Of a stretch of DNA of 64,000 nt, positions 30,327 to 41,102 are shown in pieces (the first letter of the stretch is position 1; every line of letters begins with the position of its first letter). A program made the position numbers and the translations under genes. This stretch comes from a virus. The DNA lies in the IMG/VR virus record IMGVR_UViG_3300042430_001163, positions 7,498 through 71,497 of that record. One strand, written 5' to 3'. The notes under the pieces were generated by a model. It did not search any database, was not told where the DNA came from, and was given only the letters and a program-made list of their open reading frames with translations.

Positions 30327-30653
30327 CTATACGTTTTTTTCTGATTCAAGATCAATGATCTCAATTGTTCCTACATTTTCTAAATCTTTAACGAAACTGT
30401 TAAAGATGCCAGATGTAAATCCACTCATACCCTTCATGTGCTTTCCACATTCGTAAATACTACCACTGTGATTGATAAACTCATAGTGATTTTCGTGTTC
30501 AATAGTTTCGGTAATACCCGAACTCAGTTTCCAACGATCACTACCTGCATAACCACCGTACCAACTAGCCAAGACTTTACGATGACGTTCTTCACTATCG
30601 TTATACTTTAATTCTACAACGACCCATAGGTCTGGTCTATATATGCTGTTCAT
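30327..30653 (-). CDS. conserved hypothetical phage protein
   Basis: W.GGY.GSD.WKLSSGI...SGS.Y.C. Confidence 0.7.
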   Translation of the reverse strand: MNSIYRPDLWVVVELKYNDSEERHRKVLASWYGGYAGSDRWKLSSGITETIEHENHYEFINHSGSIYECGKHMKGMSGFTSGIFNSFVKDLENVGTIEIIDLESEKNV

Positions 30654-30662
30654 TTTTAATCC

Positions 30663-31511
30663 TTAAATTTCATCATAATGAATAATTTGTCTATTATCCA
30701 TATTAATTACCACTCCATCATAATTTAGATATTTTTTAAATTCATATTTATAAGCATTAAATTCTAAACCATTTACTAGAATGATATCATATGCATAATA
30801 GAATCCTTTTTGTAAAAAATCACTAAATGGTTCTGTTAAAATACTTTTATCAAATAAAGATGGTAATTTCTTAATATTAATAAAATCATCATCAGTTTTA
30901 ATCGGAAGATAAAATAGATTTTTTATTTTTGGTAATGGATATTTACCCCATGAATATGAATATAAACCCCAAAACTCACAATGATATCTATAAGTTGGAC
31001 TTAGTTCCATTGGATCAACTAATTGTTTAACATATTCTGATTTAAACCAAAAGAAATTTCCTTTAAAATGCCAATGAAACATTGATCCAACAAAATCTGA
31101 TCCAGACTCTAAATGATATAAACATAGATCACTATTAGTAACTACTCCATACATCATTAAAGTAGCCCATTGTATTGCATTTGCAAATTGATCTGGATCA
31201 GATTTACTTGAACCTTTACAATGAAGATATAGTCCATAAAAATCTAAATTGGCTGAATCTTTCCAAAGTTTCTGAAGAGCCGGATATTCATAAACCGTAT
31301 CATCACAACCACTATCAAAATATTCAATATCTAAATTAGAATCAATTAAAAAATCATATTTCTCCCAATTAAGAGAATGTACAATAATTATTTTTTCAGA
31401 TTTTAAATTACTATTTTTTATAGTATTAATAATATGTAATAAACTAGATTTGGTATTAACCATTTCAACCACCGAAATATAAATTCGTATTGGTTTCATA
31501 TTTAATCCCAC
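30663..31511 (-). CDS. putative glycosyltransferase-associated protein
   Basis: YEYPAL, YLHCKG, HFKGNFFW motifs; very AT-rich. Confidence 0.5.
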   Translation of the reverse strand: MGLNMKPIRIYISVVEMVNTKSSLLHIINTIKNSNLKSEKIIIVHSLNWEKYDFLIDSNLDIEYFDSGCDDTVYEYPALQKLWKDSANLDFYGLYLHCKGSSKSDPDQFANAIQWATLMMYGVVTNSDLCLYHLESGSDFVGSMFHWHFKGNFFWFKSEYVKQLVDPMELSPTYRYHCEFWGLYSYSWGKYPLPKIKNLFYLPIKTDDDFINIKKLPSLFDKSILTEPFSDFLQKGFYYAYDIILVNGLEFNAYKYEFKKYLNYDGVVINMDNRQIIHYDEI

Positions 31512-32185
31512 AAAGATTGATAATATTTTCCAAACAATTTGAAACCATTATCAATACGACTTTGAACAACTTTCATACCTTCATAATCACATTCATATGT
31601 ATGATTTGGGCCATCATCCATACGATACAATTTTGGTTTGCCATTATCATCAAATGAAGTTGGAGTCCAAACAGTATCCATTACACCAGTACGAAACTTA
31701 TCTTCCCATGAATCATCAAGTTCACATTCAAATGAAAAGATCATTTCATCCATGACCCAATCCCAACGTTTGAAATGATTACTATCAGTATCATATTCAT
31801 TTTCTTTTGGTTCGGCATTAGTAGAACGTAATTCTTCTGGTACATCTGCATCATCAACCAATGGTGCACCATGTTTAGTTTCTTTCAACTGTTTCAACAT
31901 TGGTAAAATGATATACGCCAATGTATGATCCATTGACCAAGTATCCCAATGATCAATTTTTACTTTGATTGTACGTTGACGTTTAGATTCAACCCACAAA
32001 CAAAATTTTTGTAGTAATGATTCTTTATCATCTCCGCCACTTAACCAAGTACCGAAATTATGAACCCACTCGGCAGTATGTTCTAAACCATACTCACACT
32101 TTTCTTTTTTCGCCCAAAAGCAAAGTTTTTCGGCAATTTGGTAGGGACCAATCCAATTCTTATACTTTCCAATTTTAACTTTCAT
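31502..32185 (-). CDS. conserved T4-like hypothetical protein
   Basis: DTWSMDHTLA.II.PMLKQL...RWDWVMDEMI..F...LFGKYY..LWD. Confidence 0.75.
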   Translation of the reverse strand: MKVKIGKYKNWIGPYQIAEKLCFWAKKEKCEYGLEHTAEWVHNFGTWLSGGDDKESLLQKFCLWVESKRQRTIKVKIDHWDTWSMDHTLAYIILPMLKQLKETKHGAPLVDDADVPEELRSTNAEPKENEYDTDSNHFKRWDWVMDEMIFSFECELDDSWEDKFRTGVMDTVWTPTSFDDNGKPKLYRMDDGPNHTYECDYEGMKVVQSRIDNGFKLFGKYYQSLWD

Positions 32186-32240
32186 ATTGTTTCCTAATTC
32201 TATATACTATTATACTCTATTATAGAGTTATTGTCAAGCA

Positions 32241-35200
32241 TTATAACCACCGCAAAGCGAATATTGTGGCAATGGCCGAATCTTTAAACAAGAAATATTG
32301 ATCTTGATTTTGGGCATGCATACTATACGGCCGAATAAATTCCCAATCTGTACCCGCGTGTTCAAAACACCACCCAAAGATATCATCAAGTTTTTGCAGA
32401 TTATGCCCTCTATATCCTATACTCAACGTACTGACATCAATCTTAGTCATTATGTCCACTTTAATAAAAAGAATGTTAAATCTGCGGGATTTCTAAAATA
32501 ATACTTACTATGACCATCTATACTAACACACCATCTACTATCTGGAATACTTCTACGTTGGCCAATACCAAATTTTTTTGTACACCAACGATATATGTCT
32601 GCAGTCTCAAGATGATCAATATATTCTAAATGATTTCTTACTCTACGAGCAGTCATCCAAACTGTACCATTACTATGATAATCTTCTCTAACAATAAATT
32701 TCATGACCATTTCAATATAAATGCCATAACTATTTTTGGATCATAAATTTTTAATGAAAACCCAACCATATCAACAGAATTGATAATACACCATCTATTT
32801 AATTCATCAAAATTATTATTCCAATATGCTACATCAGTTAAAATTATTGAAGTATAATTGACATCTTCTTCCAAATATTCTTCTGGTACCAAATAGAATT
32901 TATGTCCTTTCATTTCTGCCAATACATCATAATGATCTTTTAACCAATATTTATGTTGTGAGTCATCCGAATTCATATTATCCACTTTAATGTAAATCTC
33001 AAAGCATCTTTGCTATGAGTAAATTTAAATACTTCATTATCTCCATCAAGATACCATCTTCCACTAATCCATCTATTTCTGGAATCTATAATACATGGTC
33101 CAAAATTGTTAATACACCAATCTTCCATGGCAAATATAATATACATTGGTGTATCATCTGATATTGGAATTTTTGTCATAACCATTGCAATGCAAATATT
33201 AAAGCTTCTCGTTCACAGAGAAAACTAAAACGATATTCTCCAGTATGTTTATCATTAACATAAACTCCAGAAACTTTAACTGATCTTACTTTTCTCTCGT
33301 GATAAAGCCAGTTAAATGCCTGATGATATGTACGATGATTTGGAACAGTAATATCTATCCACTTACTTACTCGACAATGAGGAGTATGATAACAAATATC
33401 TTCCCATGTTATTGAGATTGCTTCGCTCATGACCATCTCAATAAAAATAAAAGTGCTGATTTCTCATCTGGTATACTCACAGTAACATGTAAGATCGTTC
33501 CGACACTATTAGTGCTAGTTCCATGTCCTCGCCATATATAGTTAATATTGTGTTCTTTCAACCAGTCACATACCTGATTCATAAAGAAGTCTGCATTATC
33601 ATACTTACTACCATCTCTGTATACGGTACGATCTGTATCAGGTCTCTGTAACTCACCAACATAATAAGTCATACTATGCCCACTTTAACATAAAAAGTAA
33701 TTGTGTTTCTTCATCTACATGTTCTGTTAACTCAATGATATAAGTATTCATATAAGTATTACAACGAATACACCAACCAATACCATTGATATTACTACCA
33801 GAATTTGGTAATCTCTCACCTACTTTTTCAATGAGCCAATTTAAAACTTTTGCAGTGTCTTCAACATTTGATTTTTCTATTTTCATGACCATCTCAATGT
33901 AAATAATAATGCATCTTGTTCATAATCAAATGAGAATTCATATACAGGTGATTTCCACATATCTTCTTCTTTACGCCATAAACATTGCCACGTTCCATCA
34001 CGTCCAAATTTCTGTGGACGATCAACAATACTAAATCTCGTACCAAATTTATCATGACACCATGTACACATTCTTTCAATTTGAACGTTGGATTTGCCGT
34101 GTATTATAACATTATGAGTTAATCGTTCTTTTTTGTCAACTATCATGACCATTTTAGTGCAAACATTAATGCATGTTTTGCATCTTTAAAAGCCCAACGA
34201 TCATATAATGATCTTCTTGAACTTGCCAATATGGGACTATGCAATGCTATAAAATCTTCTTCCCAATTTAATTTTTGACTTTTACAAAGCCAACGCCATT
34301 TTTCCCATTGATCTGATTCAGTTTCAGATATACATTGTACTACATATGGGTACTCTGCCATGACATCTGTAGTATATGGAAACATTATAGATACTTAAGA
34401 GCAAACCAACTGGAAATAGATTCTTGATAAAATGTAAATACAACTGATTTTGGAATTTTTATTCCCTCATTATCATAACCATGATCACTGTGAATATAAG
34501 TAAAGTCAAAATCTTTATGACTAACTAATCCACGTTTTTTTAAATCATGAACCATATCAAAAATCTCATTTATATCTTTATCAAATAATTTAATTTCTAT
34601 CATGACCATTTCAACACAAATAATGTAGCATACTCTTCACGAGCAAAGTACCACCAGAAACCAAAATTGTATCCCACATACATACACATCCACGGTCTAC
34701 TATCATCTACTGTATCTCTGAACTCAGCCTGTGGTCCAAACTTTTTTGTGCACCACTTCATTCGTTTATTAAGTTCCTCAAGTGGCATATCTTCAGTTTT
34801 TATTTCCGCTGCAATCATGACCACTTCAATGCCATTACTGTAAATAACTCATTACTAATAACATATCTCCATCCAGCATATACATCATCAACAGGCTTCC
34901 AAAGTGAAATGTCTTGTTCCTCAATCCATAAGTTAACTGCATAGGATACCTCTACTACACAATAATCATTAGGAACATGAACATCTTCATCGTAATCATC
35001 AGTTGAAAGAAGTTTAAAGTTTTTAGGATTTTCGTATCTTGTACGCATTGTAAATATCTGACCTGTTGGTGCTGTCATAGGCTGTACATCTACAATTTGA
35101 CTGGCAATCATACTAGACAAGGATTTTCGTAATATAGGCAAAATAATCGCGACAAAACTTCCATACTTCTTTGTCATCTTTCGTAATGATAGCCGCCTAG

Positions 35201-35479
35201 ATAGTCTTCGTTGATGACTATTCATGACCAACGCATTGAAAACAACAATGCTGCCTGTTCTGTTTCAAACCAGATTTTTGTACCAGTCCAAACATAATGT
35301 GGATCATCAACTAACTCTCTACACCATTTATGTATTTCAACATAATTCTGATTTAACTTCAAAGCATCAAATTCAACTGGATAATATTTTTGTTCTGCCA
35401 ATAAACCATTCCAATCAATAGTCTTTGGCGTACTATCAAGTATAATACTATCTAAAAATTCTCTTATTGAAAGTTTCAT
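32241..35479 (-). repeat. tandem array of 13 coupled small paralogous genes (F-x-L-K/R-W C-terminus)
   Basis: Coupled starts give ORFs 35222-35479, 34815-35225, 34600-34818, 34385-34603, 34143-34385, 33883-34146, 33674-33886, 33427-33672, 33176-33430, 32973-33179, 32701-32976, 32450-32704, 32241-32450; seven junctions are exactly TGGTCATGA. Confidence 0.85.
34815..35225 (-). CDS. array member with a T4 gp23-like capsid peptide fused to the L-K-W domain
   Basis: ILPILRKSLSSMIASQIVDVQPMTAPTGQIFTMRTRY; ends MALKWS. Confidence 0.75.
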   Translation of the reverse strand: MNSHQRRLSRRLSLRKMTKKYGSFVAIILPILRKSLSSMIASQIVDVQPMTAPTGQIFTMRTRYENPKNFKLLSTDDYDEDVHVPNDYCVVEVSYAVNLWIEEQDISLWKPVDDVYAGWRYVISNELFTVMALKWS

Positions 35480-35841
35480 AATGTCACCAAATAACAAATC
35501 ATACCAACATATGTTACTTGATGTAACAATTGATCTAAACCTAATAACCACCAAAATTCTTCATGTGTAGTTGGACCCCATGTCATTTTCTTATTAATAT
35601 TCATTTTGGCCCAATCAATATGATAATGAATAACTATATCAGCAAATGATAGTATAATAGCACTTGGAATATCTACTATTGCAATACATAAAAATGTTCC
35701 AATACCATGTAACAAAGCATGTAACAATCCACCAAGATGTCCATATGTTCCTTTATTAGACCATTGATATTTGGTCTGTAATGGAAAATCAATAACAAAG
35801 TGTTTTACTTGAAGTAATAACAACAATGTAATTAATATCAT
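35476..35841 (-). CDS. DUF3307-like membrane protein
   Basis: H..IDFPLQ, HALLHG, HYHIDW.K, DQLLH. Confidence 0.75.
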   Translation of the reverse strand: MILITLLLLLQVKHFVIDFPLQTKYQWSNKGTYGHLGGLLHALLHGIGTFLCIAIVDIPSAIILSFADIVIHYHIDWAKMNINKKMTWGPTTHEEFWWLLGLDQLLHQVTYVGMICYLVTL

Positions 35842-36611
35842 GTAATATCCTTGTTAAAATCAATCTTCCACTCATCACTAGTCATATAGTTAAAGTTCAA
35901 TGAATGAGATTTATTCTCCCAATTTGCTTTAATCTTGATTGATTCTGATGTGTCAAACATATTATCCCAAATATATTTAATTTGATTTTTACTATCAACA
36001 TCAATCATAACTAAATTATTGGTTTCAATATCAATCAACCAATATTGATCTACTTTAAGTTGAACTGTATTACGTTTAACTTTCAAAATTGGTTTCATGT
36101 AACGAGAAAAATTTGAATTAATAGAAACATAATCATGATTATAATATGCATCTTTCATTTTAATTAAAAGTTGATCTGTTTCATAATATTCTGGCAAACG
36201 ATAAATCAATCCAGGTTTATCACTATCATATGACATTCTATCACTAGTAATAAATGTTAGAACTGATTTTTGAAAATCAGTAAGATCACCTTTAAGTTGT
36301 TTGATTAAGATATGTTTACTAAAATAATCTGCCACTAATTCGGCATTATCATAATCTATCTGAGTTAAATTAAGAGTTTTGACTGCTTCTTTTAAAGGAA
36401 GATAACGTTTTTCCCAATTATCTTTAAAATTTCTCCACAGATGACAACTAATGGCTAACAAATCCCTATTAACTCTGATATTTGGTTTAAGTACAGCCCA
36501 TGGAGATATACCTGACTCAATCACATTAATAGGAATATTAATAGGTTGATTTTTTGATTTTAGTAGTTTTGTGTTTTTCCATAAAACTTGATTATTTGAA
36601 TAAATTGCCAT
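35838..36611 (-). CDS. hypothetical protein
   Basis: 257-aa ORF. Confidence 0.65.
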   Translation of the reverse strand: MAIYSNNQVLWKNTKLLKSKNQPINIPINVIESGISPWAVLKPNIRVNRDLLAISCHLWRNFKDNWEKRYLPLKEAVKTLNLTQIDYDNAELVADYFSKHILIKQLKGDLTDFQKSVLTFITSDRMSYDSDKPGLIYRLPEYYETDQLLIKMKDAYYNHDYVSINSNFSRYMKPILKVKRNTVQLKVDQYWLIDIETNNLVMIDVDSKNQIKYIWDNMFDTSESIKIKANWENKSHSLNFNYMTSDEWKIDFNKDIT

Positions 36612-36697
36612 TATTAATTCCTAAAAAAATATCAGAATAGATATCTACTCTGATATTATAATTGATAATTGATTTGTCGTCAATGACTTTTGGATAA

Positions 36698-37048
36698 CTA
36701 CAGTGGAAATTTACCATCATCTACTAATGCTAAAATCAATTGATATTGTTCCCATGCTTTATTCAATGATCCATATAGATATCTCAATTCACGTTCTCGT
36801 GATTCTTGACGATACAAAAAACTATCCATATGTGATATCAAACGTGCAAGATTCTCTTTTGGCATAACGATATCTATCATTTCTACATCTTCAATCTCAT
36901 CATATCCTGGAAAAGAAGAAAGATTGCCATCTGTATTAATATTGTACTTGACTCTGCGATAACGTCTATTAGAAGTTACAACATTTGCCTCATATTCTTT
37001 CTTAAAATATTCAAGAGCTTCTTCATCATCAATCCATGTATAACTCAT
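36698..37048 (-). CDS. hypothetical protein
   Basis: TAATG-coupled to clpP. Confidence 0.6.
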   Translation of the reverse strand: MSYTWIDDEEALEYFKKEYEANVVTSNRRYRRVKYNINTDGNLSSFPGYDEIEDVEMIDIVMPKENLARLISHMDSFLYRQESRERELRYLYGSLNKAWEQYQLILALVDDGKFPL

Positions 37049-37638
37049 TATACACCACGTTTTGTAATAATCTTATCTGCCAAACCATATGCAACAGCTT
37101 CATCGGCACTCATAAAGAAATCACGTTCCATATCTTTTGATAATTCTTTGTATGTTTTTCCAACTGAATTATGATTAACATAGATTTGAGTTAATTCTCG
37201 TTTCATTTTAATAATTTCTTTAACTTGAATTTCCATATCAGTGGCTTGTCCACGTGCACCACCACTTGGTTGATGAATCATATGTCTGGCATATGGAAGA
37301 ATCAAACGTTTACCTTGTGTACCAGCCTGTGCCAATAAACTACCCATACTACAAGCCTGACCCATTACAATAGTACTAACATCACAATTGATGAAATTCA
37401 TTGTATCATAAATGCTCATACCGGCTGTTACACTACCGCCTGGACTATTGATATAAAAGTGAATATCTTTTTCTGATTCACTTTCTAGAAATAGTAATTG
37501 TGCCACGATCACACTGGCGCTTTGTTCGTTAACATCATCATGTAACATAATAATACGATCTTTAAGCAAACGACTGTAGATATCATAGCTACGTTCGCCT
37601 TTACTTGTTTGTTCTACCACCATTGGGATTAAACTCAT
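37048..37638 (-). CDS. clpP: ATP-dependent Clp protease proteolytic subunit
   Basis: [38 protein letters not shown]. Confidence 0.95.
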   Translation of the reverse strand: MSLIPMVVEQTSKGERSYDIYSRLLKDRIIMLHDDVNEQSASVIVAQLLFLESESEKDIHFYINSPGGSVTAGMSIYDTMNFINCDVSTIVMGQACSMGSLLAQAGTQGKRLILPYARHMIHQPSGGARGQATDMEIQVKEIIKMKRELTQIYVNHNSVGKTYKELSKDMERDFFMSADEAVAYGLADKIITKRGV

Positions 37639-38069
37639 TTTACTGCTCCTTTTAGGATTTCAATTTCACGCTTTAACAAATATACTTCAGATTCTAAATC
37701 ACGATTTCGTTTGTATATTTTCTGATACATTTCTTTTTCTAGTTTTAAGTGTAACTCTGAGTTCGCCAATCGTTGTTGACATTCTTCATAGTTACGCTGC
37801 CACTGACCCCAATATTCGCCGTTTCCTTCTACAATAGCTCTTAGATCACGATTGTCAATTTTAAATTGCGCCAACATTTTAGTCTTGTTGTAATAGGATG
37901 TCACAATATTAAGTGATACTGAATCTTGAAACCGATCTATTTCTATATCACTGTGAGCATTTTCAGGATTGGAATATATGCGATTTATCTCTTCAACTTG
38001 ACGCTTAATATCGTCAAGTTGACTAGTATCAGTTTTGAATACTTCTATAATTTTTTTGTTCCAGAACAT
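37635..38069 (-). CDS. hypothetical coiled-coil protein
   Basis: 144-aa ORF between the clpP paralogues. Confidence 0.6.
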   Translation of the reverse strand: MFWNKKIIEVFKTDTSQLDDIKRQVEEINRIYSNPENAHSDIEIDRFQDSVSLNIVTSYYNKTKMLAQFKIDNRDLRAIVEGNGEYWGQWQRNYEECQQRLANSELHLKLEKEMYQKIYKRNRDLESEVYLLKREIEILKGAVK

Positions 38070-38071
38070 TG

Positions 38072-38683
38072 TTATCCTTTAGTTGTTCGTTTACGAGTAC
38101 TAGACGGTGGACTAACACCCTCTATAAAATCGCATAGATTGAGTTTTAATGCGGCATCATGATCAAGCCATACATCTTGAGCTGGCAACAATTGTGACAT
38201 GATTGTAGATTCATCTAGTCCAGTACATACTTTATAATGATCTAAAATACGTTTATTTGTCAATTCAAATTCTCGCATAATGGCAAATAATTCATGACTT
38301 TTACCTTCACTACCGGCACTAAATTGATGACTAAGAATACTGGTATTTGGTGTTAAAAATCTACGACCTTTTACTCCAGAGATAAAAATCAATAAACCAC
38401 AGCTGGCAATCAAACCAAGTCCCACGGTTTTAATTGGTATCTTACTAGATTTCATTGTATCAATCAATGCAAATGCGGCTGACAAATCACCACCTTCACT
38501 ACAAACCATCAATAATAGTTCAGTCTTACGAATTTTACTAATATAGTTTTCATATAAAATCCATTCTATAATTGGTTTTACTGATTCTGATGTAACGTCA
38601 TCCATAAACACGTAGATACCAGATTCCTGTAGTGCCTCACTAGGTGATTTATCCTGATTGTCATTAGTGTCTTGTTTTGTCAT
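38072..38683 (-). CDS. divergent ClpP-like protease
   Basis: CSEGG, IASCG (Ser), LSHQ (His), QDVWL. Confidence 0.8.
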   Translation of the reverse strand: MTKQDTNDNQDKSPSEALQESGIYVFMDDVTSESVKPIIEWILYENYISKIRKTELLLMVCSEGGDLSAAFALIDTMKSSKIPIKTVGLGLIASCGLLIFISGVKGRRFLTPNTSILSHQFSAGSEGKSHELFAIMREFELTNKRILDHYKVCTGLDESTIMSQLLPAQDVWLDHDAALKLNLCDFIEGVSPPSSTRKRTTKG

Positions 38684-38777
38684 TTAAAATCCTTGCTATT
38701 TGTCATATTACTAATATAACATAGAAAAAAAGTTCTGTCAATTAAATTGGTCATAAATATTATTTTAGGAGTTAAAC

Positions 38778-39152
38778 ATGGAATATATTTTAATTATTGG
38801 TGGTATTGTTTTGGCTTATTTTGTAACATATTACTTTTGGAAGAAATTATCAAAAGACACAGTTGAACCAGTAGCACCATATAAAGTTGAATCACCAGTT
38901 GAACCAGTAGCACCATATAAAGTTGAATCACCAGTTGAAACCGTAGTTGTTCCCGTAGTAGAACCGATAGTAGAAGAAGTTAAATCTGTTGTGCCTGAAT
39001 TAAAAGTGGTAACTGGATCTGGATCAAAAACTAAAAAGACTAAAACTCCAGTTAAATCTACAACTAAAACTTCAGTTAAATCTACAACTAAACCAGCACC
39101 AGTCAAAAAACCAGCCAAACCACGTATCAAAAAACCAACGGATAATGCATAA
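38778..39152 (+). CDS. membrane-anchored protein with Pro/Lys-rich tail
   Basis: N-terminal TM; 36-nt tandem repeat encoding VEPVAPYKVESP x2. Confidence 0.65.
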   Translation: MEYILIIGGIVLAYFVTYYFWKKLSKDTVEPVAPYKVESPVEPVAPYKVESPVETVVVPVVEPIVEEVKSVVPELKVVTGSGSKTKKTKTPVKSTTKTSVKSTTKPAPVKKPAKPRIKKPTDNA

Positions 39153-39846
39153 TACATTTTCTGTTGATTTAATCAGTGATTTAAATTTAACTGATACCGA
39201 TATATTTGAATGGACTGGAAAACAAACCAGTTTATTCTGTGTGGTGGCCGGCAATATAAGCAACAATCTGAAAATCTTAGAAAGAACATTGTCTCATCTT
39301 GGTGATAATTATCGCGGTGTATTATTCATAGATGGTAGTCTTGAACATGATAATCTTAAAGATTATTATACCAGAGTACAAGAAATTAAAGAAATTTGTA
39401 GTAAAATTAATAATGTAGTTTATCTACATAATCATGTAGTAGTACTAAACGGTATAGCTTTTGTTGGTTGTAATGGTTGGTATGGTAATAGAAAACAATC
39501 CAATTGTATTGAAGAACTTGAATACTTAGAAAACTATAGATCAGAAGATATATCCTATGTTAGTATGAGTATCAGAAAACTTCAACATAGTGAAGATGTT
39601 AAAAAGATAGTTATTGTTAGTAATAGTATACCAAGTGATTATTTGACATTTAATAGTCCAAATGTAAAATTTCCAAAAGAATTAAATTTAAGTTTAAGTT
39701 TACTATTTGATAATGAACATAAGATTGATAAATGGTTATTTGGAACTAATGATATGTCTATTGATGTAACATTATCAGATAGACAATATGTTAATAATCC
39801 TGTAATATCAGGATTATTATATCAACCAAAAAGAATTCCTCTTTAA
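39145..39846 (+). CDS. degenerate metallophosphoesterase-fold protein
   Basis: SDLN, AGN, GSLE in place of SDLH, AGD, GNHE. Confidence 0.6.
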   Translation: MHNTFSVDLISDLNLTDTDIFEWTGKQTSLFCVVAGNISNNLKILERTLSHLGDNYRGVLFIDGSLEHDNLKDYYTRVQEIKEICSKINNVVYLHNHVVVLNGIAFVGCNGWYGNRKQSNCIEELEYLENYRSEDISYVSMSIRKLQHSEDVKKIVIVSNSIPSDYLTFNSPNVKFPKELNLSLSLLFDNEHKIDKWLFGTNDMSIDVTLSDRQYVNNPVISGLLYQPKRIPL

Positions 39847-40145
39847 TCAGATTCAATTTTAATCTGTAGTGGATAACCCTGACTACGAGCGGCAATAGTT
39901 ACTTCAATACCTTTTTGTTCAGCAATTTCATATGGTAGAACTGCTACAACTGCACTACCGGCACTATGAATATTCTCAGTCAAACTCAATGCTGAATCTT
40001 CAGTATAATCAAAATATTCCATTAATGATTCTACCACAAAATTCATAGTAGTAACTTCATCATTAATATAAAATACACGGTAGAATGATGGTTCTGAAAG
40101 TTTAATATTTGGTTTAATTTTAGTACCGATTTCAGTTTTAGCCAT
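39843..40145 (-). CDS. clpS: Clp adaptor ClpS
   Basis: Y.V...NDEVTTM.FVV, IH..G.AVV, YEIAEQK, GYPL. Confidence 0.9.
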   Translation of the reverse strand: MAKTEIGTKIKPNIKLSEPSFYRVFYINDEVTTMNFVVESLMEYFDYTEDSALSLTENIHSAGSAVVAVLPYEIAEQKGIEVTIAARSQGYPLQIKIESD

Positions 40146-40218
40146 TTTTGTTTCCTTGAAAATTAAGAATGATAGTGAGACAAAATCGCCTCACTATTCA
40201 CTACAAGTATTTATTATA

Positions 40219-40665
40219 TCACTTAAGATACTTAATGTCAATAGTTTTTGGTTTCATTTCTTCCGGTACTTGACGTTCCAAGTATATGGTTAAAATGCCA
40301 TTAACATTTGTGGCATCAATAATTTTAACATGTTCGGCTAATGTAAATTCACGATGAAAATCACGATTACTAATACCATGAAATAAGTATTCATCAGTAT
40401 ATACTTCCTGATTTTCTTTACTACCATTGATTGTTAATACGCGATTATTGAGTTCAATCTTAACCTCACCTTCATTAAAACCAGCCGTAGCCACTTCAAT
40501 ACGAAACTTATCTTCAGTTTCTTTGACAATGTTATATGGGGGATAATTGGTTTGATTTGATTGAGTTGATACTCTGAGCATTTCATCCAACATTGAGTCA
40601 AATCCAATACCGAATTTGTGTATAGATGGAATATCCAAACTTCTTAGACTTAAAGTACGTGTCAT
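40219..40665 (-). CDS. hsp20: small heat-shock protein Hsp20/IbpA
   Basis: NYPPYNI, IEVATAGF, HGISNRDF.REFTLAE, NGIL.I. Confidence 0.93.
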   Translation of the reverse strand: MTRTLSLRSLDIPSIHKFGIGFDSMLDEMLRVSTQSNQTNYPPYNIVKETEDKFRIEVATAGFNEGEVKIELNNRVLTINGSKENQEVYTDEYLFHGISNRDFHREFTLAEHVKIIDATNVNGILTIYLERQVPEEMKPKTIDIKYLK

Positions 40666-40772
40666 TTGTTTTCTCCTTTGTTAAGCAAGATGACTAATAT
40701 AGACCCCTAAGGCATCTACATTAATACTTATTATACAAGATTACGTAAAATAGTACAATATTATCGGATAAA

Positions 40773-41102
40773 TTAAACTGTAAAAGATTCACCGCAACCA
40801 CAACGTGCAGATTCTTTTGGATTGATAAAGTCAAAACCTTCATTCAATCCCTTCTTCACATAATCAATTTCAATACCATCAATGTATGTTAAATCTTTCT
40901 GTGTGACCCAAACTTTTGCGCCACTTCCGATATCGTACTCTACCCAATCCCATGTACAGGGAACTTGATCTACATATTCAAGTACATATGCAAGACCACT
41001 ACATCCAGTTGTCTTGACACCTACTTTGATGCCCTGTCCACTACCACGTTTGGCAATGTTACTAACTATTTTGGCTGCTGCACGTTCTGTCACTGTAATC
41101 AT
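40773..41102 (-). CDS. iscA: Fe-S assembly protein IscA
   Basis: GVKTTGCSGLAY, GLNEGFDF.NP...CGCGESF. Confidence 0.92.
   Translation of the reverse strand: MITVTERAAAKIVSNIAKRGSGQGIKVGVKTTGCSGLAYVLEYVDQVPCTWDWVEYDIGSGAKVWVTQKDLTYIDGIEIDYVKKGLNEGFDFINPKESARCGCGESFTV

Noticed and set aside
32241-35479. Integron, CRISPR or DGR interpretation of the array
   Set aside because: No intergenic attC-like hairpins, no fixed repeat-spacer period, and no integrase, cas or reverse transcriptase in the window.
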